From an uncultured Gemmatimonadaceae bacterium (GTDB lineage: Bacteria > Gemmatimonadota > Gemmatimonadetes > Gemmatimonadales > Gemmatimonadaceae), in NCBI GenBank assembly GCA_963843845.1, contig CAWJMB010000002.1, positions 3,296,001 to 3,360,000 of the forward strand: a stretch of 64,000 nucleotides of DNA. Direction: 5' to 3'. The translations under genes and the position numbers were made by a program. Positions 41,379 through 51,881 of the stretch are shown piece by piece; positions within the stretch are counted from its first letter, which is position 1; each line of letters opens with the position of its first letter. The notes beneath the pieces were generated by a model. The model did not search any database. It saw only the letters and a list, made by a program, of their open reading frames with translations, and had not been told where the DNA came from.

Positions 41379-42155
41379 TCAGAAGGCTACTCGGTTCGGG
41401 CGAGGCGAACGGACCGGTGCGACGGCGAGCAGCTTCGGAAGGTCCGACGCCCACTGCTGCTGCCCGGTGTCCGCGGAGTAGTGCACGCGCAGGCTGTCGT
41501 CTGCGGTGAACGCGAGGACGCGCGTCGCGTGACCGACCGTGACGCTCGATGCGCCCTGCCCGGGCATCGGCATCGCATGCGTCGACGGGGCGAGGCCGTA
41601 GAGCGCCTCGACGCGGTGCACGTCGTCGAGCGAGCCGCGCAGCCCGACGACGGCCGTGTCGAACTGCGCGAGCCACGCGCGCAGCGCCGACGGCGTGTCG
41701 CGTTCGGGGTCGGTCGTCACGAACACGACGCGGACGCGGGCGCGATCCTCGGGCGACAGTCCGCGTCGCGCCGCGGCGATGTTCGCCATGTGCGTCGGGC
41801 AGATGTCCGGGCAGTGCGTGTATCCGAAGAGCAACAGCGTGACGGCGCCGCGCGTCTCGGCCGCGAACGCGAACGGGCGACCGTCGGTCGTCGCGAGCGT
41901 GAAGTCGCGCTTCGGCGACGCCGGGTCGAGCACGGCGCCCTGATAGGCCGGTGCACCGCCGAGCGGCCCGGCGCACCCGAGCGTCAGCCACGCCATCGCG
42001 AAGGACACGACCGTTCGGCACGTGACCGTTCGGCATCTGACCGTTCGGCACGCGGCTGCAGCGACGAGCGCGGCGTCGGGGGCAGCGGCATCCTCCGCGT
42101 CACGGTCGTCGCGCCGGATGGCCACACGAACGGCTGCCTGCCCACGGGCCGTCAT
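41379..42155 (-). CDS. SCO1/SenC-family copper chaperone; start may instead be at 41996
   Basis: FGYTHCPDICP (CxxxC), VTTDPERDT, conserved His in 'VGHAT'. Confidence 0.9.
   Translation of the reverse strand: MTARGQAAVRVAIRRDDRDAEDAAAPDAALVAAAACRTVRCRTVTCRTVVSFAMAWLTLGCAGPLGGAPAYQGAVLDPASPKRDFTLATTDGRPFAFAAETRGAVTLLLFGYTHCPDICPTHMANIAAARRGLSPEDRARVRVVFVTTDPERDTPSALRAWLAQFDTAVVGLRGSLDDVHRVEALYGLAPSTHAMPMPGQGASSVTVGHATRVLAFTADDSLRVHYSADTGQQQWASDLPKLLAVAPVRSPRPNRVAF
42009..42053. repeat. 15-bp tandem repeat GACCGTTCGGCANNN x3
   Basis: Seen directly; reads CRTV x3 on the minus strand in the SCO leader. Confidence 0.8.
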
Positions 42156-43078
42156 GGCGTCGCGCCCGCGCGCACCGGCCGCTGCTGCTGCGACCACTCC
42201 TCGTACGAGCCGTCGTAGAGCCTCACCGGCAGCCCGAGCATCCGCGCCGCGAAGTACGTGGCGCTCGCGCGGTACCCGACCCAGCAGTACGTCACGACGG
42301 TATCCCCGGGCTGCATCCGCTCGGCGAACAGCGCGCGCAGCGCGGCGGGATCCTTGAGCGGTGCGCCCCCCGCGGAGCCGCTGTCGCCCTGAAAGAGCTG
42401 CTGCCACTCGAGCTGCCGTGCGCCGGCGAGGTGTCCGCCGCTCGTCATCCACCCGCGCGTCTCGGTGCCGAGGTACTCGCCGTCGGTGCGGGTGTCGATC
42501 AGCGCGATTCCCGGCCTGCCGAGCCTCGGCGTGATCCAGTCGGCAGTTGCAACGACGGTCGCGCGAGGACGCGGGCGCAGTGTTCCCCGCGCGACGGCCG
42601 ACGGCGCGCCGGCCGCCACCGCGCGTCCCTCAGCGCGCCACTTCGGGAGTCCGCCGTCGAGCAGCGAGACGTGTGCGTGGCCGAGGTAGTCGAGCGCCAT
42701 GATGGCGCGCGTCGCCGACGGCGCCTCGGCCGAGTACGTGACGACGACGTGCGACGCGTCCGACACGCCGACACGCTCGAACGCCGCGCGCAGCGAGTCG
42801 ACCTCGGGAAGCTCCGACTGCAGGCCGCCGCGGCGCGTCGCGACGGCGGCGTACGGCAGGAAGCGGGCGCCCGGCACGTGGCCGCGCGCGTAGAGCGAGT
42901 CGACGCGGTCGACGTGGAGCACGACGACGTGCGGGTCGTTCAGGTGCGACGCGAGCCACGCCGTCGAGACGACGACGTCGTCGGTCGGCGCCGCCGGGCG
43001 TGAGCGCTGCGCGTCGGCCGATCCGGTCGCGCCGGCGGTCAGCAGTACGACGGCAGCGGCGCGAAGCGCGCGATGCAT
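42152..43078 (-). CDS. Secreted tandem-domain sulfurtransferase (rhodanese)
   Basis: Signal peptide, VSTAWL, GHVPGA, LLDGG..W, IDTR, active loop YCWVGYRA, LYDGSYEEW. Confidence 0.92.
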   Translation of the reverse strand: MHRALRAAAVVLLTAGATGSADAQRSRPAAPTDDVVVSTAWLASHLNDPHVVVLHVDRVDSLYARGHVPGARFLPYAAVATRRGGLQSELPEVDSLRAAFERVGVSDASHVVVTYSAEAPSATRAIMALDYLGHAHVSLLDGGLPKWRAEGRAVAAGAPSAVARGTLRPRPRATVVATADWITPRLGRPGIALIDTRTDGEYLGTETRGWMTSGGHLAGARQLEWQQLFQGDSGSAGGAPLKDPAALRALFAERMQPGDTVVTYCWVGYRASATYFAARMLGLPVRLYDGSYEEWSQQQRPVRAGATP

Positions 43079-43268
43079 GCGGGATTCCTCGTGGACTGGA
43101 GATGGGGCACGGCGCGCGCGCGGCCGGGAGGTCGGAGGCGCCCGCGCCCGCGAGCGCCGCGGTGCGGCGTCGTGCATCGGACGCGCGCCGCGACGCGGAC
43201 CGCCGCGCCCGACGGATCATGCCCGAAGGCTAGCGTCGCGCTGCCGCGACGGTCGAGCGCGGAGCGCG

Positions 43269-43793
43269 CTACGGACGCGCGCCGACGGCCGCCTGGCGCC
43301 GCCGCACGGCGGCGACGAACCGCTCGCCGTCGGCCGGCGTGAAGCGCGCATCCTCGCCGTTCCCCTTGCCGCTCATCGAGAACTTGCTCCTGCCGTCGCC
43401 GCGCGACTCGAGGCGGATGTGCCCGTCCTCGTAGCGCACGTTCTCGATCGACTGCACCGGCGCGCTCGCGACGAAGCGCATCGCCGAGCCGACGATGCCG
43501 CCGACGGATCGGGTGATCATCGCGCCCACGCCGTCGCCGGACGCCGTGTCGAGCTGCTGCTGCACGGCGCGACGCAGGCTGTCCCCGAGCTGCATGCGCA
43601 CGGTGTCGCCGACGAGCGAGAGCGTGAGCGCGCCGTCGGTGCTCGTGACGCGGACATCCTCGGGGCCTAACGGCATGTCGGTCGCCGACGCCGAGGCGTC
43701 GAACGAGACCGCGGGGCCACGGTCGCCGCGCGAGCAGGCGACGCCGAGGCCGACGGCGGCGAGAACGACGACGAGCGATCGATGGGTGCGCAT
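43269..43793 (-). CDS. Hypothetical lipoprotein
   Basis: MRTHRSLVVVLAAVGLGVAC lipobox-like; intact 174 aa. Confidence 0.7.
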   Translation of the reverse strand: MRTHRSLVVVLAAVGLGVACSRGDRGPAVSFDASASATDMPLGPEDVRVTSTDGALTLSLVGDTVRMQLGDSLRRAVQQQLDTASGDGVGAMITRSVGGIVGSAMRFVASAPVQSIENVRYEDGHIRLESRGDGRSKFSMSGKGNGEDARFTPADGERFVAAVRRRQAAVGARP

Positions 43794-43982
43794 GGGTCGG
43801 TGAACGCGGGGGCGCCGTCCGGGCGTCCGCGCGACGCGTGTCGTCGCATGCGGTCGCGTGCCGTGGCGCCCCATCACGCGTCCCTACGGCGTGCCCGACC
43901 GGTCTGTTTCCCGCGCCGAGGTCCACCTCCCGGAGGTGCTCGCGGCGGTGGCCTGACGCGGACATCACGTCGCGTCGGGCAC

Positions 43983-44948
43983 TCACCGGCGTCGAACGTA
44001 CGCCATCCCGTCGGGTGTGTCGCCCGTGTCGAGCAACCGCACGACGCGCCGCGTCGCGACGTCGACTTCGGCCACTTTCCGCTGCGTGGACATCGCGACC
44101 CAGGCGCGCCGTCCGTCCGGGGCGAGGAGGATGCCGAGCGGCATGCTGCCGTCGCCGAACGCGATCGCGCCGACCTGCGTCCGCGCCTTCGCGTCGTAGA
44201 CGGCGACGTTCCCGTCGCGCGCGTTCGACAGCAGCACCCAGCGGCCGTCGGGAGTGAAGTGGAGCCGGTTCGGCATCGCGCCCGCCGGGATCGCCGCGAC
44301 CGAGTCGAGCGTCGCCGCGTTCAGCACCGTGACGTAGTTCAGCACGCGGTCGGCCGCCCACACCTCGCGCCCGTCGGGCGACACGTCGATCGCCTCCGGA
44401 CTGCGGCCGACGCGCGCCGTCTTAAGCGCCGTTCCGGCCGCGAGGTCGACGAGCGTCACCGAGCCGCTGCCGAGGTTCGCGGTATACGCGCGGCGGCCGT
44501 CGGCGGTGAGGACGAGCATGTGCGTGCCGTCCTGATCCGTCGGAATCGCGCGCACGACGCGGCCGGCGTCGACGTCGACGACCACCACGTGCTTGCTCAT
44601 CTCCGACGTGACGGCGACCTGCCTCGTGTCGGGCAGCCAGACGATGCCGTGTGGGCGCCGGTATTCGCCGAGCTCGATCGTGCGGAGCGGCTCGTGCGCG
44701 ACGAGGTCGAGCACGGTCAGCGTGTGGCCGGGCTCCTGCGCGCCGTAGTCGGCGACGACGGCGGTCCGCCCGTCGGGCGACACGGTGACTTCGTGCGGGA
44801 AGGGGCCGGTCGGCATGCTCGCGACTCTGGCGCCGCTCGTCGCGTCGAGCACCACGGCCTCGGCCGCGTTCTTGTTCAGGACGAGGAGCTGGTCCTGGGC
44901 GTGAGCCACGGCCGGGGCGAGCGCGAGGAGGAACGTCGTGAGGCGCAT
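43983..44948 (-). CDS. YncE/YVTN-type beta-propeller secreted protein
   Basis: Signal peptide; repeated P....SPDG..A.V.N...G.V..D units. Confidence 0.88.
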   Translation of the reverse strand: MRLTTFLLALAPAVAHAQDQLLVLNKNAAEAVVLDATSGARVASMPTGPFPHEVTVSPDGRTAVVADYGAQEPGHTLTVLDLVAHEPLRTIELGEYRRPHGIVWLPDTRQVAVTSEMSKHVVVVDVDAGRVVRAIPTDQDGTHMLVLTADGRRAYTANLGSGSVTLVDLAAGTALKTARVGRSPEAIDVSPDGREVWAADRVLNYVTVLNAATLDSVAAIPAGAMPNRLHFTPDGRWVLLSNARDGNVAVYDAKARTQVGAIAFGDGSMPLGILLAPDGRRAWVAMSTQRKVAEVDVATRRVVRLLDTGDTPDGMAYVRRR

Positions 44949-45035
44949 GAGACGAGTTCTGCGAGGGAGGGGGGCGGCTGACTTCGTCCGGTGCACCGTT
45001 AGGCAAGCAGCCATCAGGGAAATAGCATTCAGTCC

Positions 45036-46843
45036 GTGCTCCTGCAAACGACCTTCCCCGCCGTCGTCGCCGACCCCAGCGAGATGGCCGCCGCGCTGCT
45101 GCAGGCAGCCATCACGGCCGGCCTCGCCGCGGTCTGCGCGTTCCTCTATCGCCGCCACCGCAAGGCGTACTTCGCGTGGTTCGCCGTCGCGTGGTCGCTG
45201 TACCTGCTGCGCATCGGCGCGATCGCGAGCTTCCTGCTCAGCGTGGCGCGGCCGTGGCTGTACGTCCACCAGGTGATCACCGGCCTCACCGCGCTCGCGC
45301 TGCTGTGGGCCGCGCTCGTGTTCTCGCGGCAGCTCGCGTGGCGATGGCGCTATCTGCTCGTCGCTGCTCTTTCCGCCGCTCTGGTCGTTCGTCGCGATCT
45401 ACCAGCTCGACTCGTTCTACCTCGCCGCGGCGCCGATGGTCGTGTTCCTGAGCCTCGCCGACGCTGTGGAGCGGGTGGACGTTCCTCGACTACCACCGGC
45501 GCGTCGAGTCGGCGGGCGCGCGGCTGCTCGCCGCCGCGTTCACGCTCTGGGGCGTGCACCACCTCGACTACCCGTTCCTCCGCGCGACAGGGCGCGTGGA
45601 CGCCGTGGGGCTACTACCTCGACATCGCTGTTCGAGCTCGCCGTCGGCGTCGGGGATCCTCGTGCTCGTGCTCGACGACCTGCGCCGCGGGCTCGGCGGC
45701 GCTCAGCGCGCTCTCGGGCGATCTGCAGCGCGGCGGCGACGTGCTGGGCACTCTGCTCGCGCGCCCGCTCGAGCTGCCGGCCGTGCGCGGCACCGCGTTC
45801 TACGAGCGCGAGGCGAACGGGCGACGGTCGGGGCTCTGCCGTCGCGGCGCCGGCTCGTGCGCCGCGTGGGAGCGGCACGCGGCCGGAACGGGACGCTGGC
45901 GCGAGCTGCTCGAGCGAGTGCGCGACGACGGGCGGCCGCAGGTGCGCCGGGCGTCGCGGGGCACGCGTCGGTCGCCGCGCTGCCGGTGCTCGTCGAAGGA
46001 AGCGCCGACGCGGCGCGCTCGTGCTCGCCGGCGACGCGCGCGACCCGTTCACCGCGCTCGACGAGAGCTTCCTCCGCGCGTTCGGCCAGCAGGTCGGCGC
46101 GGCGCTCCGCAGCGGCGGCGCTCTACGAGCAGCTCGAGACGCGCACCGCGGAGCTCGAGCGGCTGTCGACGCGCATGGTGCGGCAGCACGAGGAGGAGCG
46201 GCGCCGCCTGTCGCGCGAGCTGCACGACGAGACCGCGCAGGTCTTCACCGCCGTGAAGATGCAGCTCGGCGTGCTGCGCGGCGGACGTCGACGCGGCGCA
46301 GCGCGAGCGACTCGACCGCGTGCTCGGGCTCATCGACACCGGGATCGGCAGCATCCGCAGCGTCACGAACGACCTGCGCCCGTCGCTGCTCGACGACCTC
46401 GGCCTGCTGCCGGCGCTGCGCTCGCTCTGCGCCGACTTCGCCGAGCGCAGCGGCATCCGCGACGACGATCGACGCTCCCGCCGTCGCTGCCGCCGCTGCC
46501 CGACGACGCCGACCTCGCGCTGTTCCGCGCGCTCCAGGAAGGGCTCTCGAACGTCGCCCGCCACGCCGCCGCCGATTCGGCGCACGTCGCGGTCACGGTC
46601 GACGACGGCGCGCAGGCCGCGGTCGTGCTCTCGGTACGCGACGACGGCGAGGGGATCGGCGCGATCGCCGACCTCGCGCGCTGGGAGCGCGAGGGGCACA
46701 TGGGGCTCGTCGGGATGCGCGAGCGGATCGGCGCCCTCGGCGGGACCGTGTCGCTCGCCGACGCGGCGGGTGGCGCCGAGCTCCGGGTCCGCGTGCCCGT
46801 GTCGACGTGGGCGCGGCGACGGTATCGCCACTCGCGCCGATAG
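45036..46843 (+). CDS. Membrane sensor histidine kinase (HisKA_3, NarX/UhpB type), frameshifted
   Basis: N-terminal TM helices, EEERRRLSRELHDE, LRPSLLDDLGL, FRALQEGLSNVARHA, VRDDGEG, GLVGMRER. Confidence 0.9.
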
Positions 46844-46853
46844 ATTGCCGGGC

Positions 46854-47519
46854 ATGACCGAGTCGATCAGAGTGCTCGTCGTCGACGACCACGCCGTCGT
46901 GCGCGAGGGGATCCGCCACATCCTCGAAGGCGAGAGCGGCTTCGCCGTCGTCGGCGAGGCGTCGAACGGCGCCGACGCGGTGCGCCTCGCCGCCGAGCAG
47001 CGCCCCGACGTCGTCGTGCTCGACGTGTCGATGCCCGGCGAGTCGGGGCTGCGCGTCGCGCCGCGGCTGCGCGAGGCGGCGCCCGAGGCGCGCGTGCTCA
47101 TCATGAGCATGCACGACAACGCGGAGTACGTGCGCGAGGGCGTGCGGGCCGGCGCGAGCGGCTACCTGCTCAAGGACAGCGCCGCGGCCGAGCTGCGGCT
47201 CGCGGTGCGCGCGGTGCACGCCGGCGGCTCGTACTTCAGCACGCCCGCGGCGCTCGGCCTCAGCGCCGAGAGCGCGCAGCGCGAGCCGAGCGCCGCGACG
47301 CCGTCGCTCGACGTGCTCACCGCGCGGGAGCGCGAAGTGCTCGGCGGCATCGCCCGCGGGCTGACGAACAAGGAGATCGCGGGCGAGCTGGGGATCAGCC
47401 ACCGCACCGTCGAGACGCATCGCGAGAGTCTGATGCGCAAACTCGGCATTCGCACCGTGGCGGGGCTCACGCGGTTCGTGCTCGACGCCGGCCCCGACGC
47501 GCTGTCCCCGTCCGCCTGA
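46854..47519 (+). CDS. NarL/LuxR-family response regulator
   Basis: VVDDHAVVREG, LDVSMPG, GYLLK, LTAREREVL..GLTNKEIA..LGISHRTVETHR. Confidence 0.95.
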   Translation: MTESIRVLVVDDHAVVREGIRHILEGESGFAVVGEASNGADAVRLAAEQRPDVVVLDVSMPGESGLRVAPRLREAAPEARVLIMSMHDNAEYVREGVRAGASGYLLKDSAAAELRLAVRAVHAGGSYFSTPAALGLSAESAQREPSAATPSLDVLTAREREVLGGIARGLTNKEIAGELGISHRTVETHRESLMRKLGIRTVAGLTRFVLDAGPDALSPSA

Positions 47520-47563
47520 CGCCCGCCTCCCGACCGACTACCGACCGACTACCGACGAGACCG

Positions 47564-49260
47564 ATGTCGAGACGCTCTGCCCTGTCGTCGCCGTTCGCGG
47601 CGGTCCGCCTTCCGCTCGCCGGCGCCCTCTTCGCGCTGGGCGCCTGCGCCCCCGCGCGCACGACGCCGACCACCACGCCGAGTCCGGTGCCGGCGCGGCC
47701 GACCACCCCTGCGCCGGGCGCGCCGCTGCCGACCGGGCGCGAGACGCCGGTGCCGGCCGTGACGGCCGACGAGCCGCCGCAGGACTGGCACCTGCTCGAC
47801 CTCGCCGCCGACGGCTTCGCCGGCATCAGTCTGCGCCGCGCCGAGCGCGAGCTGCTCGCCGGGCGGCGGCCGCAGCGGTCGGTGCTCGTCGCCGTGATCG
47901 ACGGTGGCATCGACACGGCGCACGTCGACCTGCGCGCCAACCTCTGGTCGAACCCGCGCGAGACGGGCGGTGGCGACGGCGACGGCGACGGGCTCCGCGG
48001 CGACGTGCGCGGGTGGAACTTCGTCGGCGGGCGCGACGGGCGGAACGTCAATCAGGACACCTACGAGGTCACGCGCTTACAGGCGCGCTGTGACAGCGGC
48101 TCGGTGCGCGGCGATTCGCTGAAGACCTTCTGCCCGAAGGTCACCGCCGAGTACGGCGAGACGCGGGCGAACGCCGAGCGCGAGGCGGCGCAGATCCAGC
48201 AGATCGCGACCGCGATGGACGTCGCGATGCGCTCGCTGCGCCAGGTGCTCCACGACACGATCTCGGTGCGGACCGTGCGCGCGTTGCAGCCGACGATGCC
48301 GCAGTTGCAGCAGGCGCGCGACCTCTATCTGCGCCTCGCCGCGAACGGCATCACGCCGCAGGCGATCGCCGAGGCGAAGGAGAGTGTCGAGAACCGGCTG
48401 CGGTACGGACTCAACACCTCGTTCAACCCGCGCCCGATCGTCGGCGACGACTACGCGAACCCGAGCGAGCGCACGTACGGCAATGCCGACGTCATGGGCC
48501 CGGACGCGAAGCACGGCACCCACGTCTCGGGCATCATCGCCGCGGTGCGCGGCAACGACGCCGGCATCGACGGCATCGCGCCGTCGGGCACTCGACTCCT
48601 GACGATCCGCACCGTCCCCGACGGCGACGAGCGCGACAAGGACATCGCGAACGCGATCCGCTACGCCGTCGACCACGGCGCGCACATCATGAACATGAGC
48701 TTCGGGAAGGGGTGGTCGCCGCAGAAGGGCGTCGTCGACGATGCGGTGAAGTACGCGGAGTCGAAGGGCGTCCTGCTCGATCCACGCGGCCGGCAACGAC
48801 GGCGAGGACCTGACGAAGAAGCAGAGCTTCCCGACGCCGTTCTACGCGGGCGGGGCGCGCGTGCCGAACTGGATCGAGGTCGGCGCGTCGTCGTGGAAGG
48901 GGGGCGACAGGCTCGCGGCGCCCTTCTCGAACTACGCGGCGGACCGGGTCGATCTGTTCGCGCCCGGAGTGGCGATCTACTCGACGGTGCCTAACGGCGG
49001 CTACGAGCGGCTCGACGGCACGAGCATGGCGACGCCGGTGGTCGAGCGGCGTCGCGGCGCTGCTCATGTCGTACTTCCCGGAGTTGACGGCGGCGGACGT
49101 GAAGCGGGTGCTGCTCGCGTCGGCGGCGCGGCATGGATCGCAGCGGGTGGTCCGGCCGGGGTCGGACGACGAGCGGGTGCCGTTCTCGTCGCTCTCGACG
49201 ACGGGCGGGATCGTCAATGTGTACGAGGCGGTGAAGATGATCCTCGAGAAGCGGATGTAA
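47564..49260 (+). CDS. S8 subtilisin-family serine peptidase (lipoprotein), frameshifted
   Basis: Catalytic motifs VAVIDGG, HGTHVSG, AAGND and GTSMATP; LGAC lipobox. Confidence 0.93.
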
Positions 49261-49423
49261 GGGATCGATGCGGCGGGGACGGTGAGGCGGGGACGGAACG
49301 GCGGGGAACGGTGTATCGGCAGCGCCGTACCGGCCGCGCCGTACCGCCAGCGCCGTATCGACGGCGCCGTTACGCCGTAGAGAAACCGCCGTAGAGTCCC
49401 GCCGTATCGACACCGCCCCACGC

Positions 49424-50347
49424 TCAGACGTAGAGCATCCCTTCGCGGATCGCTCGCCCGTCCCGCGCGATCGCCGCATGATCGCGCTCGCGCCACGCGG
49501 CGTGCGCCCCGACCGCCGCGATCACCGCGTCGAGCGCGTCGCCGCCGGGGTCGCGCAGCGCGACGCGACGGAGCGCGTCCGGCAGCGCGACGTGCGGCGC
49601 GAGACCGTCGACGATGACGCGACGCGTCGCCCGCCGCGCCGCCGTCAGCCGCCCGCCCTCCGGCTGCTTGTAGCGCTGCGTCGGCAGCCCGAGGCGGCGC
49701 AGCGTCGAGCTGGGGCACGCCTCGACGACGACGCGGCGCGCGCGGCTCACGCGGCGGTAGTGGAACGGCAGCACCGCAGTCTCGCGCGCGCGGGCGAGCG
49801 GCGCGACGACGTCGCGCATGCCGTGGAAGGTCTGGTAGATGATCCGGTAGTGATACGGGTCGAACGGCGCGCGCTCGGCCGCGTCGGTCGCGCGGCGGAC
49901 GTGGATCGCGGGGCCGGCCGCGTACCCCGGCGACGCCTCGCGCACCGCCGCGCGGACCTCGCGCCCCCGCGCACACGCCCAGAGCCCGAGCGCGTAGGCG
50001 CCGTCCGCCCACGCGCGCACGAGGCGGAGCTGGTCGCGCCACGTCGCGCCGTCGTCGAGCACCTCGACCGGAAGCCCGAACGGCGCGTCGACGGCCCAGA
50101 GCGCGCCCCGCGACGCGCGGATCAGCGCCACGAGGTGCGCGAGCGCGCCGTCGCGCTCGGCGGTGCCGGCGAGCCGCTCGAGCGGCGCGAGCTCGACGAG
50201 GCGCAGCGGCGCGGCGCCGGCGCGCACCTCGGCGCGCGGCACGACCTCGCAGCGCGCGAGCCACGTCGTGCGGCCCGCGAGCTTCGCGCCGCTGAAGTCG
50301 ACGCCGAACACGGTGCGGATGCGGGGGAGCCGGACGGGTGCGGACAC
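49424..50347 (-). CDS. DUF429-like protein (predicted RNase H-like fold)
   Basis: GVDFSGA, AVDAPFGLP, RRATD, VEACP, DALDAVIAA. Confidence 0.75.
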   Translation of the reverse strand: MSAPVRLPRIRTVFGVDFSGAKLAGRTTWLARCEVVPRAEVRAGAAPLRLVELAPLERLAGTAERDGALAHLVALIRASRGALWAVDAPFGLPVEVLDDGATWRDQLRLVRAWADGAYALGLWACARGREVRAAVREASPGYAAGPAIHVRRATDAAERAPFDPYHYRIIYQTFHGMRDVVAPLARARETAVLPFHYRRVSRARRVVVEACPSSTLRRLGLPTQRYKQPEGGRLTAARRATRRVIVDGLAPHVALPDALRRVALRDPGGDALDAVIAAVGAHAAWRERDHAAIARDGRAIREGMLYV

Positions 50348-50365
50348 ACCCGAATATAACCCGAA

Positions 50366-51777
50366 CTAGCCGGGCGTCGCGCGCGGCAGCACGACGGTCG
50401 CGCGACCGCCGCGCCGGTCGTCCCGGTTCTCGAGCGTGATCGAGCCGCCGTGCGCCTCGGCGATCTGTCGGCAGAGCGCGAGCCCGATGCCCGACCCGTG
50501 CGGCTTCGTGCTGTAGAACGGCACGAACAGGTTCGCCGGATCGGCGATGCCGGCGCCGTCGTCGTCCACGATCACGCGGACGACCGACGGCGCGACCTCC
50601 CACCGCACGTCGACGCCGCCGCCGCCGGTCTCGAGTCGACGCGTCGGCCGCGTTCCGCACGACGTTGATGAGCAGCTGGTCGAGCTGATCGGGGTCGGCG
50701 CTCACGCGCACGCTCGGTCCGGCGGCGACGCGCACGGTGACGCGCGGCTCGAGCGCCGCGACGCGACGCACCCACGCGGCGACGTCGACGGCGCGCTTCT
50801 GCGGCGGCGGCAGCCGCGAGAGCCGCGCGTACGCGCCGATGAACCGGCCGAGCGCGTCCGCTCGCTCGGCGACGACGCCGAGTCCGTGCATGAAGTCGTC
50901 GTCCGACGTGCCGAACGCGGCGACGACGCCGGACGCCGTCGGCACGCTCACCGGTACGAGCGCCGCGCGCTCCGCCCGCTCGCGCGCCGCGCGCACGCGG
51001 CGGAGCAGGCTGCCGGCGATCGTCTTGATCGGCGCGAGCGAGTTGTTGATCTCGTGGCTCAGCACGCGAATGAGCCGCTGCCACGCGAGACGCTCCTCGG
51101 CGCGCAGCGTCTCGCTGAGGTCGGTGACGAGCAGCAGCTCGTGCGGCCGCCCGCCCTGTCGGAACTCGCCGAGCCGCACCTCCCAGCGGCCGCCGCCGCC
51201 GGGGAAGGTCGCGCTGACGACGCGCGGCGCCGTATCGCGCGCGGTGGTCGCGCGGCCGTGTCCCGCCAGCAGGCCGGCGAGGCCCAACGCGTCCGCACCG
51301 ACGCCGACGAGGCGCTCGGCGGGGCGGTCGAGCAGGCGCTCGCCCTGGCGGTTCACCAGTCGCAGCCGCCGCTCCTCGTCGAACGCGAAGATCGCGACGT
51401 CGATCTCCTGCATCACGCGGCGCAGCAGCGCCGCCGACTCCAGCGACCGCAGCCGCTCCTCGCGCAGCGTGGTCGTGAGCAGGTTCGCCTCGAGCAGCGC
51501 GAGGCCCAACGCGTCGTCCGGGCGCGCGCCGCGCCCGCGCGTGGAGAAGTCGCCCTCGCGCAGCGCCGCGAGCATGTTCGACAGCGTCTGCAGCGGCCGG
51601 ACGACGGACGCGCGCACCGCCAGCGACCCGACGACCCACGCGCCGAGCGACGACGACTCGAGCGTCGTGCGGCAGCGTCTCGTCCATCGCCGTCCGCTCG
51701 AGCAGCACGAGCGCCACGACCACCGCCGGCAGCCCGCCCGCGAGCGCGACGAGGAAGACGCGCGCGGAATGCGTCAC
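50366..51777 (-). CDS. NtrY-like sensor histidine kinase (TM-HAMP-PAS-HisKA-HATPase), frameshifted
   Basis: AWQRLIRVLSHEINNSLAPI, QLLINVVRNA, DDGAG, LFVPFYSTK..GSGIGL. Confidence 0.92.
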
Positions 51778-51781
51778 GGGC

Positions 51782-51878
51782 CGGGACTACCGGGACGGTC
51801 GGGACTCGGACTCGGGACTCGGTCGTCGGGAACGGTTCGAGTCCCGAGCCCCGAGTCCCGACCGTCCCGAGTCCCGGC
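51782..51878. repeat. Heptamer-based inverted repeat (GGGACTC)n...(GAGTCCC)n between the response regulator and kinase genes
   Basis: cgggacggtcgggactc...gagtcccgaccgtcccg form long complementary arms. Confidence 0.85.
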
Positions 51879-51881
51879 CGT

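Noticed and set aside
46836..46843. sigma28 -10 box (GCCGATAG) before the NarL-type regulator
   Set aside because: There is no -35 element at the spacing seen for motA and motB. The overlapping TAGATT fits a sigma70-type -10 better.
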